Assembly (NCBI GenBank): GCA_023205875.1
Contig: CP060766.1
Coordinates: 372,001 to 436,000 of the forward strand
Reading direction: 5' to 3'
Length of the DNA: 64,000 nucleotides
Source: Chloropicon primus
Taxonomy: Eukaryota
The notes beneath the pieces were generated by a model. The model made no database searches, was not told where the DNA came from, and saw nothing but the letters and a program-made list of their open reading frames with translations. The number at the start of each line of letters is the position of its first letter. Position 1 is the first letter of the stretch. Positions 10,755-23,300 of this stretch are shown in pieces. A program made the position numbers and the translations under genes.

Positions 10755-12515
10755 ATGGATTCCTCGGAGGAGGAGGTTGAGCTCGAGGCCCTTCGTGGCC
10801 TCGTTCAGGATTGCGTGGAGAAGCATTGTTACAGGAGCGCCACGTTCTTCGGTGACAAGGTCTGCCTCATGAGCGGAGGGGAGAACAGGGACGTGTATCA
10901 GTTGTGCCAGACGTATTATTACTCTGGCCAACACAGCCGTGCGCTGCACCGGTTGACGAAGCACCGGAAGGAGCTCGAGAAGGCGAGGGCGGAGCGAGGC
11001 ACTGCTGCGAATGGGAGCGGAGTTGTCGAGGAGGAGTGGAAGGCGTTCGCGTACTTGACGGCGCTTTGCTTGGCTGAGTGCAAGGAGTGGGAGAGGTGTC
11101 TCCAAGTCCTTGAGGAGGACCAGGAGAAGGGGGAGGGCAAGAGGGAGGCCGGCGGGGGGAGTGACGTGTCGAGGCGTGGCGTGGCGGTCTCGCTCTTCTC
11201 CAAGCGCATGGAGACCGGCGAGGAGGAGGACGGAGACGCGGCGCGGCGAGGAAGCTCGGGGGAGGGAAGGGGCCGCGCCAAGAGAGGGCCGTGGAAGACC
11301 AAGCTGGAGCTGGAGAGCGCCATGTGCGTCCTGAGGGCCAAGTGCTACGAGAGCATGGACAACAGGGAGAAGGCGAAGCGCTTTTACATCATGGCCCTGG
11401 AGCAGTCGGATCCCTTCTGCTACGAAGCGTTCGAGGCTCTGATCGGCAACCACATGCTGAGCTCGGAGGAGGAGTCTTCGCTGTTTTCCAACCTGGACAG
11501 TGAGGTCCGGGGCCACCAGTGGCTCAAGCTCTTGTACGAGTGCAAGGGGAAGAAGTACGGGAAAGTGGAGCAAATTCAAGAGAAACTGAACGTTCTTGGG
11601 GACGAGGGAGGAGTCGGCGAGAGTCTGGACGTCCTGACTTGCAAATCAGAGTTCCTTTACCACTGCTGCGAGTACCAGCAGTGCTACGAGGTGACCTCCC
11701 GGGTTGTGGCGGAGGACAGCTACTTCCTGGACTGCCTACCGGTTCACGTAGCTTGCGCCGTGGCGCTGGGGAGGAAGAACGACCTGTTCTTGTTGGGGCA
11801 CAAATTGGTTGAAGAGATGCCGGAGAGGGCGGTGGCGTGGTTTGCGGTGGGGGCGTACTACTACTGCATAAAGGCCTGGGACTCGGCGGAGAGGTACTTC
11901 CAGAAGGCGACAGGCATCGAGAAGGACTTTGCCCCTGCGTGGATTGGGTACGGCCACACCTTGGCCGCCAAAGAGGAGCACGACCAAGCGATGGCTGCGT
12001 ACCGGACTGCGAGCAGGCTGTTCCAGGGGCTCCACGAGCCCCTTCTCTGTCTCGGCATGGAGTTCGCCAAGACGAACAACTTGGGCATGGCGAACGACTT
12101 CTTTCAGAAGGCCTTGAAGATCGCGGCGGAGGACCCCCTCGTGCTGAACGAGCTGGGGGTCCTGGCCTACCAGCGGGGGGAGTACTCCCTCGCGGTCAAG
12201 AACTTCAAGGGGGCCTTGGACCTGGCCGGGGTCGACCCTTGGAGCAACAAGGAGTGGGAGCCGACCATCAACAACCTCGGCCACGCCCTGAGGAAGGCCG
12301 GAAGGTACGAGGAGGCCCTGGAGCACTTCAAGAGAGCCAGCGGACTCAAGGGGCAGGCGTCGACCTACAGCTCCATGGCGTTCACCCACCAGCTGATGGG
12401 CCACACCGATAAAGCGATCGAGCTGTACCACAAGGCCTTGGGGATCCAAGACTGCGCGTTCTCAAGCGACATGCTCTTGATCTGCCTCAAGGAGGTTGCC
12501 TTTGTCAGTCTGTAA
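10755..12515 (+). CDS. CDC16: Anaphase-promoting complex subunit 6
   Basis: YRSATFFGDKV, DPFCYEAFEALI, AWFAVGAYYY, AWIGYGH, QAMAAYRTA, WEPTINNLGH: APC6 TPR signature. Confidence 0.93.
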   Translation: MDSSEEEVELEALRGLVQDCVEKHCYRSATFFGDKVCLMSGGENRDVYQLCQTYYYSGQHSRALHRLTKHRKELEKARAERGTAANGSGVVEEEWKAFAYLTALCLAECKEWERCLQVLEEDQEKGEGKREAGGGSDVSRRGVAVSLFSKRMETGEEEDGDAARRGSSGEGRGRAKRGPWKTKLELESAMCVLRAKCYESMDNREKAKRFYIMALEQSDPFCYEAFEALIGNHMLSSEEESSLFSNLDSEVRGHQWLKLLYECKGKKYGKVEQIQEKLNVLGDEGGVGESLDVLTCKSEFLYHCCEYQQCYEVTSRVVAEDSYFLDCLPVHVACAVALGRKNDLFLLGHKLVEEMPERAVAWFAVGAYYYCIKAWDSAERYFQKATGIEKDFAPAWIGYGHTLAAKEEHDQAMAAYRTASRLFQGLHEPLLCLGMEFAKTNNLGMANDFFQKALKIAAEDPLVLNELGVLAYQRGEYSLAVKNFKGALDLAGVDPWSNKEWEPTINNLGHALRKAGRYEEALEHFKRASGLKGQASTYSSMAFTHQLMGHTDKAIELYHKALGIQDCAFSSDMLLICLKEVAFVSL

Positions 12516-13166
12516 TTTATGCTATTGCCTTTCTGAAAAGAAATAAAAAGAAAAAACATCAAACAACTTTGGCGGTCGTCGCCTTGGGGTGCCATGGACC
12601 CACAAGCACCGAGAGAAAGAGACAGAGAGAGCAAAGATCCATTGGTGCCTGGTGTTACGTGTTGTCTCATTGGGATAGGAACCAACACAAGCAGACACGG
12701 AGAAAGAGAAAGAGAAAGAGACAGAGGCACAGGGTCATCGGTGGCTTGCAAAGTGGATTGGATTGGATTGGTTTGGTTTGGTTTGGATGGTGAGGTTGTG
12801 ATGCTCCTCCGCTCGTGGTGCTGCGATGGGCTTAGACTTTTTTTTTTTCAATTTCCGTTACATCTCTCTAGCCGAAAGCCTTATCCATAAATAGGATCCC
12901 TCCTCGACGTCACTCGATCGAGAGGACGAGAAGGGCGCGTGTTTCGGAAGGGTTTTTGATCGTCAGCGAGGACAGAGACGGTCGTGGAAGCGGCATAGAA
13001 CGAAAGTTCATCTCAAGATCTTTCGATTGGTACCCATCTTGAGTGGTTTGCGTTCCGAGAAGGCACTGTGGTCTCGGCATTCGTTCGCGAGGTGCAGTGA
13101 CGGAGGCAGCGAGAGGGTAGGAAGGAGAGGAAGGTGGGCGCGAGGTGAGCGTGAGGGGTGTGCAGG

Positions 13167-14978
13167 ATGAAGGCGAAGGTCGTTACGAGGGGTGGATTGG
13201 GTCTGGGAAAGGGGAGGAAGCCGGCGGCTTGCGCCGCGAAGGCGTCGTGCTCGTACGAGGAGGCGGCCTCAAGCTTGAGGAGGTGCATCGTCGCGAGGAG
13301 CGCCAGCACCTTGGCCAAGGGGGAAGACGGTTGGGTTCTTGGCGGCGGAGGGAGGAGGGAGCGAGGCGCGTTGACCAGGGTCGGGTGCTCCGTCGAGGGC
13401 GTGGAGGAAGTCGACGCCGTCGAGCTCGAGAAGAAGGAGATAAAGGATATTCTGGCGAAACCCTACAAGTTTGGCTTCGTCTCTGACATCGAGTCGGAAG
13501 CCATCCCAAAGGGCCTCTCGGAGGAGACGGTCCGCATGATCAGCAAGAAGAAGAATGTGAGTGTGTCTCCCCCCCTTTCTTTTTGTTTTCCTTTGCTGAC
13601 AGGCAAGCGCTTTGTTCTTTCTTTCGACGGCGACGGGGTGTGGTGTGTGGCGTGCCACGACGGGTAAAAGGAGCCCGAGTGGATGCTGGAGTTCAGGCTG
13701 AAAGCGTACAGAAAGTGGCTGACGATGGAGGAGCCCGACTGGAGCGACAACAGGTACCCCAAGATAGATTTCCAGGACATCGTGTACTACTCGGAGCCAA
13801 AGCAGAAGGAGAAGAAGCAGAGCCTCGATGAGGTGGACCCTGAGCTTCTGAGGACGTTCGACAAGCTCGGAATCCCTTTGGGAGAGCAGAAGAGGCTTGC
13901 GAACGTGGCAGTGGACGCGGTGTTCGACTCGGTCTCGATCGCGACCACGTTCAGGGAGGACCTGCTCAAGGCCGGCGTCATCTTCTGTTCCATCAGCGAA
14001 GCCGTGCACGAGTACCCGGACCTGGTGAAGAAATACATGGGGAGCGTGGTCTCCGAGGGTGACAACTACTACACCGCGCTCAACTCTGCCGTCTTCAGTG
14101 ACGGCAGCTTCTGCTACATCCCGAAGGGGGTGAAGAGCCCCATGGAGCTCTCGACGTACTTCAGGATCAACGCGAGCGACACCGGGCAGTTCGAAAGGAC
14201 TCTGATCGTTGCGGAGGAAGGGTCCTACGTTTCGTATCTCGAGGGTTGCACAGCGCCAAGCTACGACACCAACCAGCTTCACGCGGCAGTGGTGGAGCTC
14301 TACTGCGCAAAGGACGCGGAGATCAAGTACTCCACCGTGCAGAATTGGTACGCCGGGGACGAGACTGGAAAGGGAGGCATCTACAACTTTGTGACCAAGA
14401 GAGGACTGTGCGCCGGGGAGAATGCGAAGATATCTTGGACTCAGGTGGAGACGGGGTCAGCGATCACCTGGAAGTACCCAAGCGTTGTGCTCAAGGGGGA
14501 CAACTCCGTGGGCGAGTTTTACTCGGTCGCGCTCACCAACAACTACCAGCAGGCGGACACGGGGACCAAGATGATCCATTTGGGCAAGAACACCCGGAGT
14601 AGAATCGTTTCCAAGGGCATCAGCGCTGGCAAGAGCCAGAATTGTTACAGAGGCCTGGTTCAGATGGGTGGGAACGCCGAGAATGCGAGGAACTACTCGC
14701 AGTGCGACAGCATGCTCATCGGGGACACGGCGCACGCTAACACTTACCCTTACATTGAGGTGAAGGAGCCCTCTAGCCGTGTGGAGCACGAGGCCAGCAC
14801 CAGCAAGATCTCAGAGGACCAGCTGTTTTACTTCCAGCAGAGGGGAATCGACGCCGAGGAGGCCGTTGGGATGATCATTAGTGGCTTTTGCCGGGAGGTC
14901 TTCCAGGAGCTGCCGATGGAGTTTGCGGCGGAGGTGAACCAGCTCATGAGCTTGAAGCTAGAAGGAAGCGTTGGGTGA
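13167..14978 (+). CDS. sufB: Plastid Fe-S cluster assembly protein SufB, 2 exons (intron 13557-13670)
   Basis: Transit-peptide-like N-terminus, then [67 protein letters not shown]-terminal KLEGSVG. Confidence 0.96.
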
Positions 14979-15037
14979 AGGCATTTGGAAAAAATTTAAT
15001 TGCTTTGTAAGAACGTTCTTCTTAGTTGGTATGAATT

Positions 15038-16579
15038 TCACTGGAGCAGCTCCTTGAACGGGTCCTCCTTCGCGGGAGGTGCCTGGGGTGCGGTGCTGCT
15101 CCTCATGGGGTTGCCGTGGGATTGCATCGTAGTCGCCGGTGCCGCGGAGAAAAGGAAAGGATCCAGGGCGTTTGCGCCAGTCGGAAGTGGATTCACTTGC
15201 TGAGGCACGGCACCGCTCAGACCTCCCGCCGACACAGAGCCCGTCATCGTGGGTGCGGGCTGAGAAGAGATCGAGGCCTGGGCGAAGAGATCAGAGATTT
15301 GCTGGGTCTTCCCGCCCACGGGACTCTCAAAGGTAGCCCACCCGGCGCTGTTGCTCGCCACACTCATCTCTGCGGCGTTGAAGGACGCCCATTCCCCCGC
15401 CCCGCTCGCATTCGGTGCGGGGTTTGGGTCAGAGAGACTCATCAGGCCGGCGTCGCCCAACGTCGCATTCTGTGGCGGGGCGGACAGAGTTGAGGCGGGC
15501 TTGAAGCCGCTCAGCGATAGCTTTATCTTTGGATTAACCTTTGTCTCTGAAAGGAACTTCGCTTTCCCCTTCTGCTGCGTCCCGGAAGACGTCTTTCGTT
15601 GCGCAGGAGCCGCGTCGCCCTTCACGGGCGTGAGACCGCTGGGCTTGACCCCCGCCTCGGCCGCCGCTCCCCCCTCTGCCATGTTCGATGACATGTCCCC
15701 CAGCCCCAAAAAGTCCGCGCTTGGGCTGTCCTCGATCTTGGAAGGCGTCACCTTCTGCGGCTGGCTCTCCTCTGGCATCCTTACCGGCGTGGGAACCGTG
15801 AAACTCGGCTTTGTTCTGACCCGAGTCGCCCCGCTCCTCAGCGTCCGCTGCTTGCCCCACCCCGCCCTGTTCTCGCTCTCGTAAAGGCTTTGCGGGCTGG
15901 TGGATCTTCCGTGACCCCCAAGCTTGCTCTTGCTCTTCCGAGCGACCTCTCGCTCCTCCATCAGCCTTTCGGGATCCTTCAGCAGCGCCATGATGTCCCC
16001 TGCTCGCTTCCTCACGTTGATGCCGTGATCCTTCATCGTGTGCTCCTCCACAAACTCAAAGTTTGTCAAGTCAGAGAAGATGTCCATGGACTCGTCGTCA
16101 GTCAGCTCGACAACGACTTGCTCCGGGCCATTCTTGATGATGTACTCGAGGACCAGGAGCGACTTGTAGGCCCAGCGCCACTGCTTTGGCTTCTTCCACG
16201 CTGCCGTGATGCGATCCACGAGGACGCCCATCACCTCCCTGAAGTTCTCTTCGCTCCGGGCGGACTCGGACGCAATCTTGGCCATTACCTTCCCGTGCCT
16301 GCGGAGCACACCAACGCACGCAATCATTCTTCGAGTGTCAGGACACAAACACAAGCACAACAAGCACAAGCAACAAAGGCTTCCTTCCTGGTGAAGAGCA
16401 GCAAAAAAAAAAAAAGGTACTTACGGTCCCCAAGGCTCAGAGTTCGTGGCCTCCTCCACCAACACTTCGAGGTCCGTCATGTCCAGAGCAACCTGCTTGA
16501 CGCGCTGCTGCACGGACCGGATGGCACCACCATAGTCCCCCTCTTTCACCTTCTCCAGCGCCTTCGCAAACCCTTTCAT
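15038..16579 (-). CDS. ENTH-domain (epsin-like) clathrin adaptor, 2 exons (intron 16299-16424)
   Basis: Spliced junction gives VEEATNSEPWGP|HGKVM; also WRWAYKSLLVLEYIIKNG, DHGINVRKRA, and a disordered tail with DPF motifs. Confidence 0.9.
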
Positions 16580-16879
16580 CCTTCTCCCTTTGTCGAGGAA
16601 AAAAAAAAAAGAAAAAGGAAAGAGGTTTCGATTCTTCTTGAGGAAGAACGCGAAGCTTCCTTTCGATCCTCCGCGGTCCCTCGCCCTCCCGCCGTCCTTT
16701 CACTCACCTATCTCCTCCCTCTGCCTCGATCGAAACCCGGAAAACAGAAAACAACAAGCAGCAGGAGGCCATCGTCCAATCCGTCCTGCGCCAGACGTTA
16801 CGGGCGTTACGAAAGAGGACGGGAGCGCGCGGGAGGAGGTAGAGGAAGAGAGAGAGAGAGACGGGGGACCGAACAGAGG

Positions 16880-16944
16880 GAAGCGTCTTCTCTTGCTCTT
16901 TCGAACGAGCCGTCGCTCGAAAGGAACGGCGCTCTGGTGAGGAT
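16880..16944 (+). repeat. Dispersed palindrome element upstream of bZIP
   Basis: GAAGCGTCTTCTCTTGCTCTTTCGAACGAGCCGTCGCTCGAAAGGAACGGCGCTCTGGTGAGGAT. Confidence 0.88.
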
Positions 16945-17049
16945 CTGACGACACGAAGACGGGGGGTTGGGGCGAGGGGGTAGCGAGCGGCGGCGGCAAG
17001 GGGCTTTGTCCAAGGCGTCGTCATTGTGTGTTTGGACGACGAGGAGAGG

Positions 17050-17866
17050 ATGAAGAGCAGCAGCAAAGAGATTCAAAGGATGAACCAGTCCGCGGTGAGG
17101 GAAGACTTTATCCCGCCGGTTGACGTGGACATGAGTCAAGGGGGGGTGCACGCGTTCTGCTCCGAAGGGATGCAAATAGCTCAGCTGCCGATTACCCCCT
17201 GCTTTGGCTCGCCTTCTGGCATGCCGGTGCCGTCGGGGGTGACAAAGCCCTCATCCAACGGGCTCGCGTCCGGGCAGGACAGTGGCATGGTTGTGAGAAG
17301 GTTTCCTTCTTGCGATGGCGATGGGCTGGAGTGCAGCCACGAGCACGAGGAGTACGTGGAGGGGGGTGTCAAGATCACCAAGTGCACGCACACGCACGTT
17401 CACTCCGCCAGGCAAGCCAATCAGAAGGCCGTGCAGAAGTACAGGCAAAAGAAAAAGCTTGAGCTTGAGAACTTGAAGAAGGAGGTAAGTGAGTGGGGGC
17501 GTGAGGCGAGGCGAGCGCTTGGTTGGAGGCACTGCGTGCTCTTACCTAAAACCCCTCTCCCCCTCTCGAGAGGGAGGACGCTTCTGGTGAGGATTTGGGA
17601 TGTGGTCTCTGACACACGCGCTTTGCTTGCTTTGCTTGCTTTGTTTGTTGTTTGTTCGGTAGAATCTCCAGCTGAAGGGGAGGGTGGCCGAGTTAGAGCA
17701 AGCCATGGAAAAGAAGCTCGAAGGGGAAGACCTCTTGATATGCCTCAGGAGGGAGGACAAGGAGCAACTGGAAGCCATGCGAGCTTTGCTGAAAAGCATT
17801 CATATCATGACCGCACCACTCGACGAGAAGTCGGAGAAGAAAGAGGCGTCGAGCAGCAAACCGTGA
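17050..17866 (+). CDS. bZIP transcription factor with Cys/His-rich motifs (F-group bZIP19/23-like), 2 exons (intron 17485-17662)
   Basis: CSHEH and CTHTHVH precede the basic region NQKAVQKYRQKKK. Splicing (GTAAGT/TAG) completes the zipper LENLKKENLQLKGRVAELE. Confidence 0.78.
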
Positions 17867-18010
17867 AGGCGTTGCTGCACACATGATGGGGCAGGGGCGT
17901 GGAGGCATCAATCAAAGCAACAACAACAACGAATGGGGTGCCTACACTACACGGTACTTTACATTTGTTTGCTGGCTGTTTATAAGAAATTACAATACTA
18001 TCTCGTTTGG

Positions 18011-19771
18011 TCAATGGTTTTCCGACTTGAGGCAGACGTCTCGCGCCGTCGAGGTTTCCTCTTCAGAGTCTTCTTCAAGAATTTGGTGCGAGGTCCTGCT
18101 CGTCATCTCTCCACCGAATATTGGTTTCATCACCTCGTCGTCGAAAACGTCCCACTTCTTCATGAGCCAGCTCTTCCTTCGCACGTGCGACGCGTTCGCC
18201 GCCGAAGGCGATCTCGGGGGCGTGCTCGGCGGCTCGCTCTCGTACCCCGACGGGAACCTCACCAAAGACAGCCCGAGCCCCCCGTCCTCCTCCACGACCC
18301 CTGATGCGTTTCTCACCAAGATCATCCTCTTGGCGTCCAGAAACTGGATGAGAGGCTTCGTTGCAGCTCCCAGCGCGATCACCGAGAAGATCACCAGCGC
18401 CATGACTGCTGCTATGACGGTCGAGGCCTCCTTGTCCGCCTTTATGGGGTCGGGCGCAAAGGCATAGAGGCAAAGGGCCACGCTCACTGCACCCCGGAGC
18501 GTCCCGGCCCAAACGATGATGCACATGTCGTAAAAGTTGAGCCGGGAGAGCTGCCCCGCTTTCTGCACTTGCATCAAGCCAGGCAACAGGTTCGCCAGGT
18601 AGCACATTGGGAAGACAAAGACGATCCTGGCCAGCAGGATCGCCAGCAGGAGCACCACGACCAGAGCTATCACCTGGGACTTGTTGACATTGTTCCAGTT
18701 GCCCTTGTACAGCGAATCCAGGCCGACGAGGATGTATATCACCACCTCCGCCAGAAGGCTCAGCGCGTGAAACAGGTTGGTGCAGGTGACCTTGGCCTCG
18801 TCATCTAGGTTGTGCTGCGTGTAGTGAGACATCACGAGCCCAGTGACGAAGAGTGTCATTATGCCAGAAAGGCCCAGCAGCTCGGAGCTGAAGTACGCGA
18901 GGTACGCGAGCAAGCCGAGAAGAATGACTTGGTGGGTGGCGGTCAAGTTCGCGAGAAAGTCCAAGTGAATGCCCCTCATCGATGCGCTCCTCTGGAGCCA
19001 AGTAGGCGTTGCCTCGTCGTCCAGACGCTCCCGGTACGAGTTGCTGACCGCTCTCAGCCTCATCAGCAGAGCGGAGAAGAGCCCCACTGAGATCCCAACA
19101 AGGGACGAGAGCGTGAACGTGACGAAGAAGGAGAAGAAGATGTGATACACGGTACTGGAGAGCGCGTCATCCATCTTCACCTGCTTGTACGCCGACTTAA
19201 TGCTCCTCAGAAGCACGATGCTCGAGGCATCGTTCACCACACCCTCCCCGAAAACCAAAGAGTGGAGCAAAGGGGTCCTCTTCTGGCTCAGCACTTGGAG
19301 CACGGCGACGCTATCCGTCGCCGCCATGATGGCCCCAAGTTTCAGACACGTCCTGGTGCTGAAGACGCTCAACACAGAGATCATCACCGAGATCACGGCG
19401 AAGCTCAAGATTGTTCCCAGCAGGCCAAAGCTCAGTATCCCGCCCATCTGCTTGAAGAACCTCTGCTTGTGCATGGAGAAGCCTTGCTGAAAGATGATGG
19501 GAGGCAGCAGGATGTCGAGGAACACTTCACTGTCGAACATGATCTTCAGGCTCCTGAATTCCTTCTTGCCAAAAACGCTGACGAGGAGGAAACCGACGCC
19601 TCCGACGAGGCCCACGAGCGTCGCGAAGCTTCCTTCCGTCAAGAACCATAACCTTCTCGTAGCACAGTCACTCCCTATGAAGCAGATGAGGAGCAAAAGG
19701 ATGAGAACCAAAAAGTATATCTGATTCGACTCGAGCTCGAGCTCTGTCGGAACCTCCGGTCCTCCCTCCAT
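18011..19771 (-). CDS. NHX: CPA1 Na+(K+)/H+ exchanger, NHX family
   Basis: FLDILLPPIIFQQGF, ATDSVAVLQVL, LVFGEGVVNDA, GTLRGAVS; about 12 TM segments. Confidence 0.92.
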   Translation of the reverse strand: MEGGPEVPTELELESNQIYFLVLILLLLICFIGSDCATRRLWFLTEGSFATLVGLVGGVGFLLVSVFGKKEFRSLKIMFDSEVFLDILLPPIIFQQGFSMHKQRFFKQMGGILSFGLLGTILSFAVISVMISVLSVFSTRTCLKLGAIMAATDSVAVLQVLSQKRTPLLHSLVFGEGVVNDASSIVLLRSIKSAYKQVKMDDALSSTVYHIFFSFFVTFTLSSLVGISVGLFSALLMRLRAVSNSYRERLDDEATPTWLQRSASMRGIHLDFLANLTATHQVILLGLLAYLAYFSSELLGLSGIMTLFVTGLVMSHYTQHNLDDEAKVTCTNLFHALSLLAEVVIYILVGLDSLYKGNWNNVNKSQVIALVVVLLLAILLARIVFVFPMCYLANLLPGLMQVQKAGQLSRLNFYDMCIIVWAGTLRGAVSVALCLYAFAPDPIKADKEASTVIAAVMALVIFSVIALGAATKPLIQFLDAKRMILVRNASGVVEEDGGLGLSLVRFPSGYESEPPSTPPRSPSAANASHVRRKSWLMKKWDVFDDEVMKPIFGGEMTSRTSHQILEEDSEEETSTARDVCLKSENH

Positions 19772-20304
19772 CCCCTCCGCCTCGCCCTCCGCCTCCACTG
19801 GACCAACGAAGAGACAGAAGAGACAGAAGAGACAGAAGCGTCGTTTCGTTTTCTGACAACAGCACGTGATCTCGGAGATCTTGTTCCGTGATCGTGATCG
19901 TGGGAGTGGATGAGGAGGGAGGAGGTGATGGTGATGATGATGATGATGATGGGGAGGGAGGATTGGGAGGAGGGCTTTGTGTCTTGCATGGTGCCTTCCA
20001 CTGGATCTTGCTCCTTGTACTTCCACCTCCTCCTTCCAAAGAGAAGAGTCCTCTGATGGATGGAGGAGGGAGTGAGGGGATGGTGATGATGGTGAGGGGA
20101 AAGGGAGGCGGTTCGTTATTCGACGATTCGTCCCCTTCCTCTTTTCAAACACTCGCCCGGGGAGTGAGGAGGCCTCACTTGAGAAGGATGGCGTGGAGGA
20201 TAGGAGGAGGAGGAGAGGCAAGGATGGGATGGTGGGAGGGACAGCACTCACTTCAGTGATAGAGTTACCGTGTTTTCTACAAAGGGGTTCTTAAAGATGA
20301 AGTA

Positions 20305-23300
20305 CTAGAGACCGATGCCACCCTTGTCCGAGTTCATCGACATGGCGGCAAGCCTTGGGTCATTCCTGAGCTTGCTGTCGAGGGCGTAGTACTTCTGCAA
20401 GGCTTGCTCCTCGTGCTTCTTGAGTCTCTGCTCGAGAATGTGAATCCTGAACATGGACTCCTCACAGGCCTTCTCGTACTCCTCCTCTTCCTCTTGCGAC
20501 ATCTGGTCCCTGTCTCTCTGGAAGTTGGCCTGCCTCTTTGCCAACGCAGCAGTCTCCTCGTCATGCCTGGCTTGGATGATGTTGGCCCGCTCAATGAGCC
20601 TGTCCTTGAGGGCCTTCAGGCACTTGTCTCTCACAGCGAAGCACTCCGTCCTCGTCAGGTGCTTGACGTTGATCGTCGAAGGCAAGAAGGCGCTCAAGAA
20701 GTCGTGCTCCACCTGCTCCTCCTCTTGCTTCTCTTCGTCACTCTCCTCCTTCTTGATACGGGTGACATCGTAATATGGTACAGTGAGGATGATGTTCTGC
20801 TCCTCCTTCATCCGGGAGTCCAAGATCGAGCGGATCTCCCTCTCCACGTCACGGATGGCCTGACTGCACTCCCTCTCGGCCAGGAGAAGGCGCTGGTACT
20901 CCTCAAGAAGGGCGCTGCCGGTGGGCTTCTCCTTCAACGTGTCCACCTCCGTGATGTGCGTGAGCCCCTCCTTGGTGTAAAGGCGGGAGCTCGCAGTGAT
21001 GCGGTCCTCGCCAAAGTGGAAGTTCAAGCGAATCTGGTCCGCTGCAACGAAGTACGTCCGCTTGTACACGTCGTCCCCGACAGGAATGTCGGCTCTCCTG
21101 GAGAACTTCTCTGTCATCTTCAGGAAAGGAAGCGCCGCCGTCTCGACCTTTTGGTCTGCCTTCTCCTGGTCCTGGTTGAACATGGCAATGTCATCCTCTT
21201 CAAGGGCCTCGAGCTCGGCGTCGTCATAAGTGACCGACCTGTAGATCAAGTGGTCGTCCCTCTCCTTGAAGAATTCCGAGATCTTCTTGTTGATGACCTC
21301 CTCCCTCTTGAGAAGGCCGTCCAGTCGGGCGCCGTGATGAAACTCGAACAGCCTGTACTCCCCCTTCTTCGTGACCATCTTCTTCAGCCCGAAGGATGAC
21401 CCCTCATCGAAGAGCTCGATGACCGTCTCCTCCAGGGAAAGGGTGACCCTCTGCCGGAGCTTGTCCTTGCGACGAGTGAAGTACTCCCTCGTCTCTTCGA
21501 TCTTCTCGTAATCCTCGTCCTGGAAGATCACAAGCCTTTCGATCATGCCGTCCCACCTCGCCGTATCCCCGAACATCGCGAAAACTTCGTGGATGCACTT
21601 GTAGTACTTCCTCTCCTTGCTGCCTTTCGGACACCTCAAGTCAAAGATGTCTTGAGGAATCTGGATGGCGCTGCACCAGCTCCTCGGCATGTCTATGTTG
21701 AACTTGTTCATGTAATTTTCCTCTGCCTCCTCTTCCTTGGTCTCCCTCGGTGTCGCAGATGGCGCCTCGCTGCTGCCAAACTGTCGAAGGCCGCTCGGAG
21801 TAATGCCGTCCTTGACCGTCCTTGGGGTCGGGCCAGTCGAATAGATCGTGTCCGCAGCCTCGCTCTCTTCCTGCTCGTCGACCCCAACCTCCTGGCTCAG
21901 CATGCTCTCCCACTGCTTCTCGTTCGTGAGGTTGAAGGTCATGGGCGCGACAGGAATCGGAGTACCCGTCTCCGTCAGCTGCATGTTTGCCCAGAAGTTG
22001 TGGTTGTTCCAAATGAACTCCACTCCCTGGTAAGGACTCTCCGCGACCTTGTAGACCGTTCCCGTGGACGGCTCCACGAAGACGTGCGAAGGGATGTCCC
22101 TCTGAGGTGCCATCACGAGCACCCAACAGTGCAAGTGCTTCGAAGCGCTCGAGTAAGGGGTCACTTGCTCGTAGTGAGGCTTCTTCTGCTTCTCCTCTTC
22201 ACCCTTGTCGAAGTTGATCGCCTTTTTTGCCTTCATCTCCTTCTCGTAATTGCTCTGCAAGTGTTTCGACTTCTTGATCACGTACTTTGGGGAGTCCACC
22301 ACGTTGGCCTTCTTGTCCTTCCCCGTTTTCTCCTTCCCAACTATTGCTACAGTTTGCTTCCTATGCAGGTAGGGGCAAACGGTCCTCGTCTGATTGTTCT
22401 CGGTGACCCACTCGGGTGCGTAACCGCAGACGCAGTACGCGTCGTACCCGGCGCCGATCAGCAGGGAGGTCAGCAAGATGCTCATGTCAAAGCAATCTCC
22501 GCTCTGCCACTTGATGATGGTCTGCGAGGAAGGAATGTACAAGGGAAACCTCGTCCTGTCCTTGAGCGTCTCGTACTTGATGAAGTTGGAAACGAACTGG
22601 GCACAGCCTTCCAGGTCGTAAAGGTCGGTGTGGTTCAGCTGCGTCGGCCTGACAGTCGTGCAGATGAACTTTTGGACTCCACACTCGTTGAGCGGGAGGA
22701 GCAGCAGCTGGTGCCTGTGCGGGTACAACTCCGTGAACGTCTTGTCGAAGTCCTTGGCGTAATTAATGATCTTGTCCTCCTTGTTTGTCGTGGACGTGTA
22801 CGTCGCAGGCATGGTGTCCAAATTGGAGAGCACGTGCTTGATGTTCTTCTCCTTGATGTTGATGTTCCTGAAAGTCTCCAGCCCGCTCTCCATGGGCTGC
22901 AGCTGCTCGAACTCCACTGTCCGGAGAATATCCCAGTACGCGTGGACGTCCTTCTGCGACGACCTCGGCCTGTCGTCCTCCTTGGCACCGATCTGCAGCG
23001 CACAGATTCTGTTTCCAGAGATGAAAGGAGCCATGTAGGCGTTGGACTCCATCACCGAGTCCAGGATCTTCCACTCTCCCCTCAGGCTCCTCAACGTGTC
23101 GGCCACCGTCTCCCCTTCCTTGATGCTGTACTCGAACGAGTACAGGCCGTCCACGAGCCCGCCCATCTCGTGGGTGCCTCCCACGAGGTACAGCTTGGTC
23201 TCGTACTCGACCATGATCTGCCCGTAGGACGGCGAAGGCATGACGGGAGTGACGAGCTTGCTCGCCTCGTACCACGTGTAACTGTTCAGATCCAGGTAGA

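Noticed and set aside
13167..14978. sufB as bacterial contamination or plastid DNA insertion
   Set aside because: It has a transit peptide, a spliceosomal intron and host codon usage; nuclear sufB is normal in green plants.
18011..20251. 160-aa His-rich N-terminal extension of NHX in the ORF track
   Set aside because: It starts at a GTG that is a splice donor and runs through microsatellite-rich intron sequence; the likely ATG is 19771.
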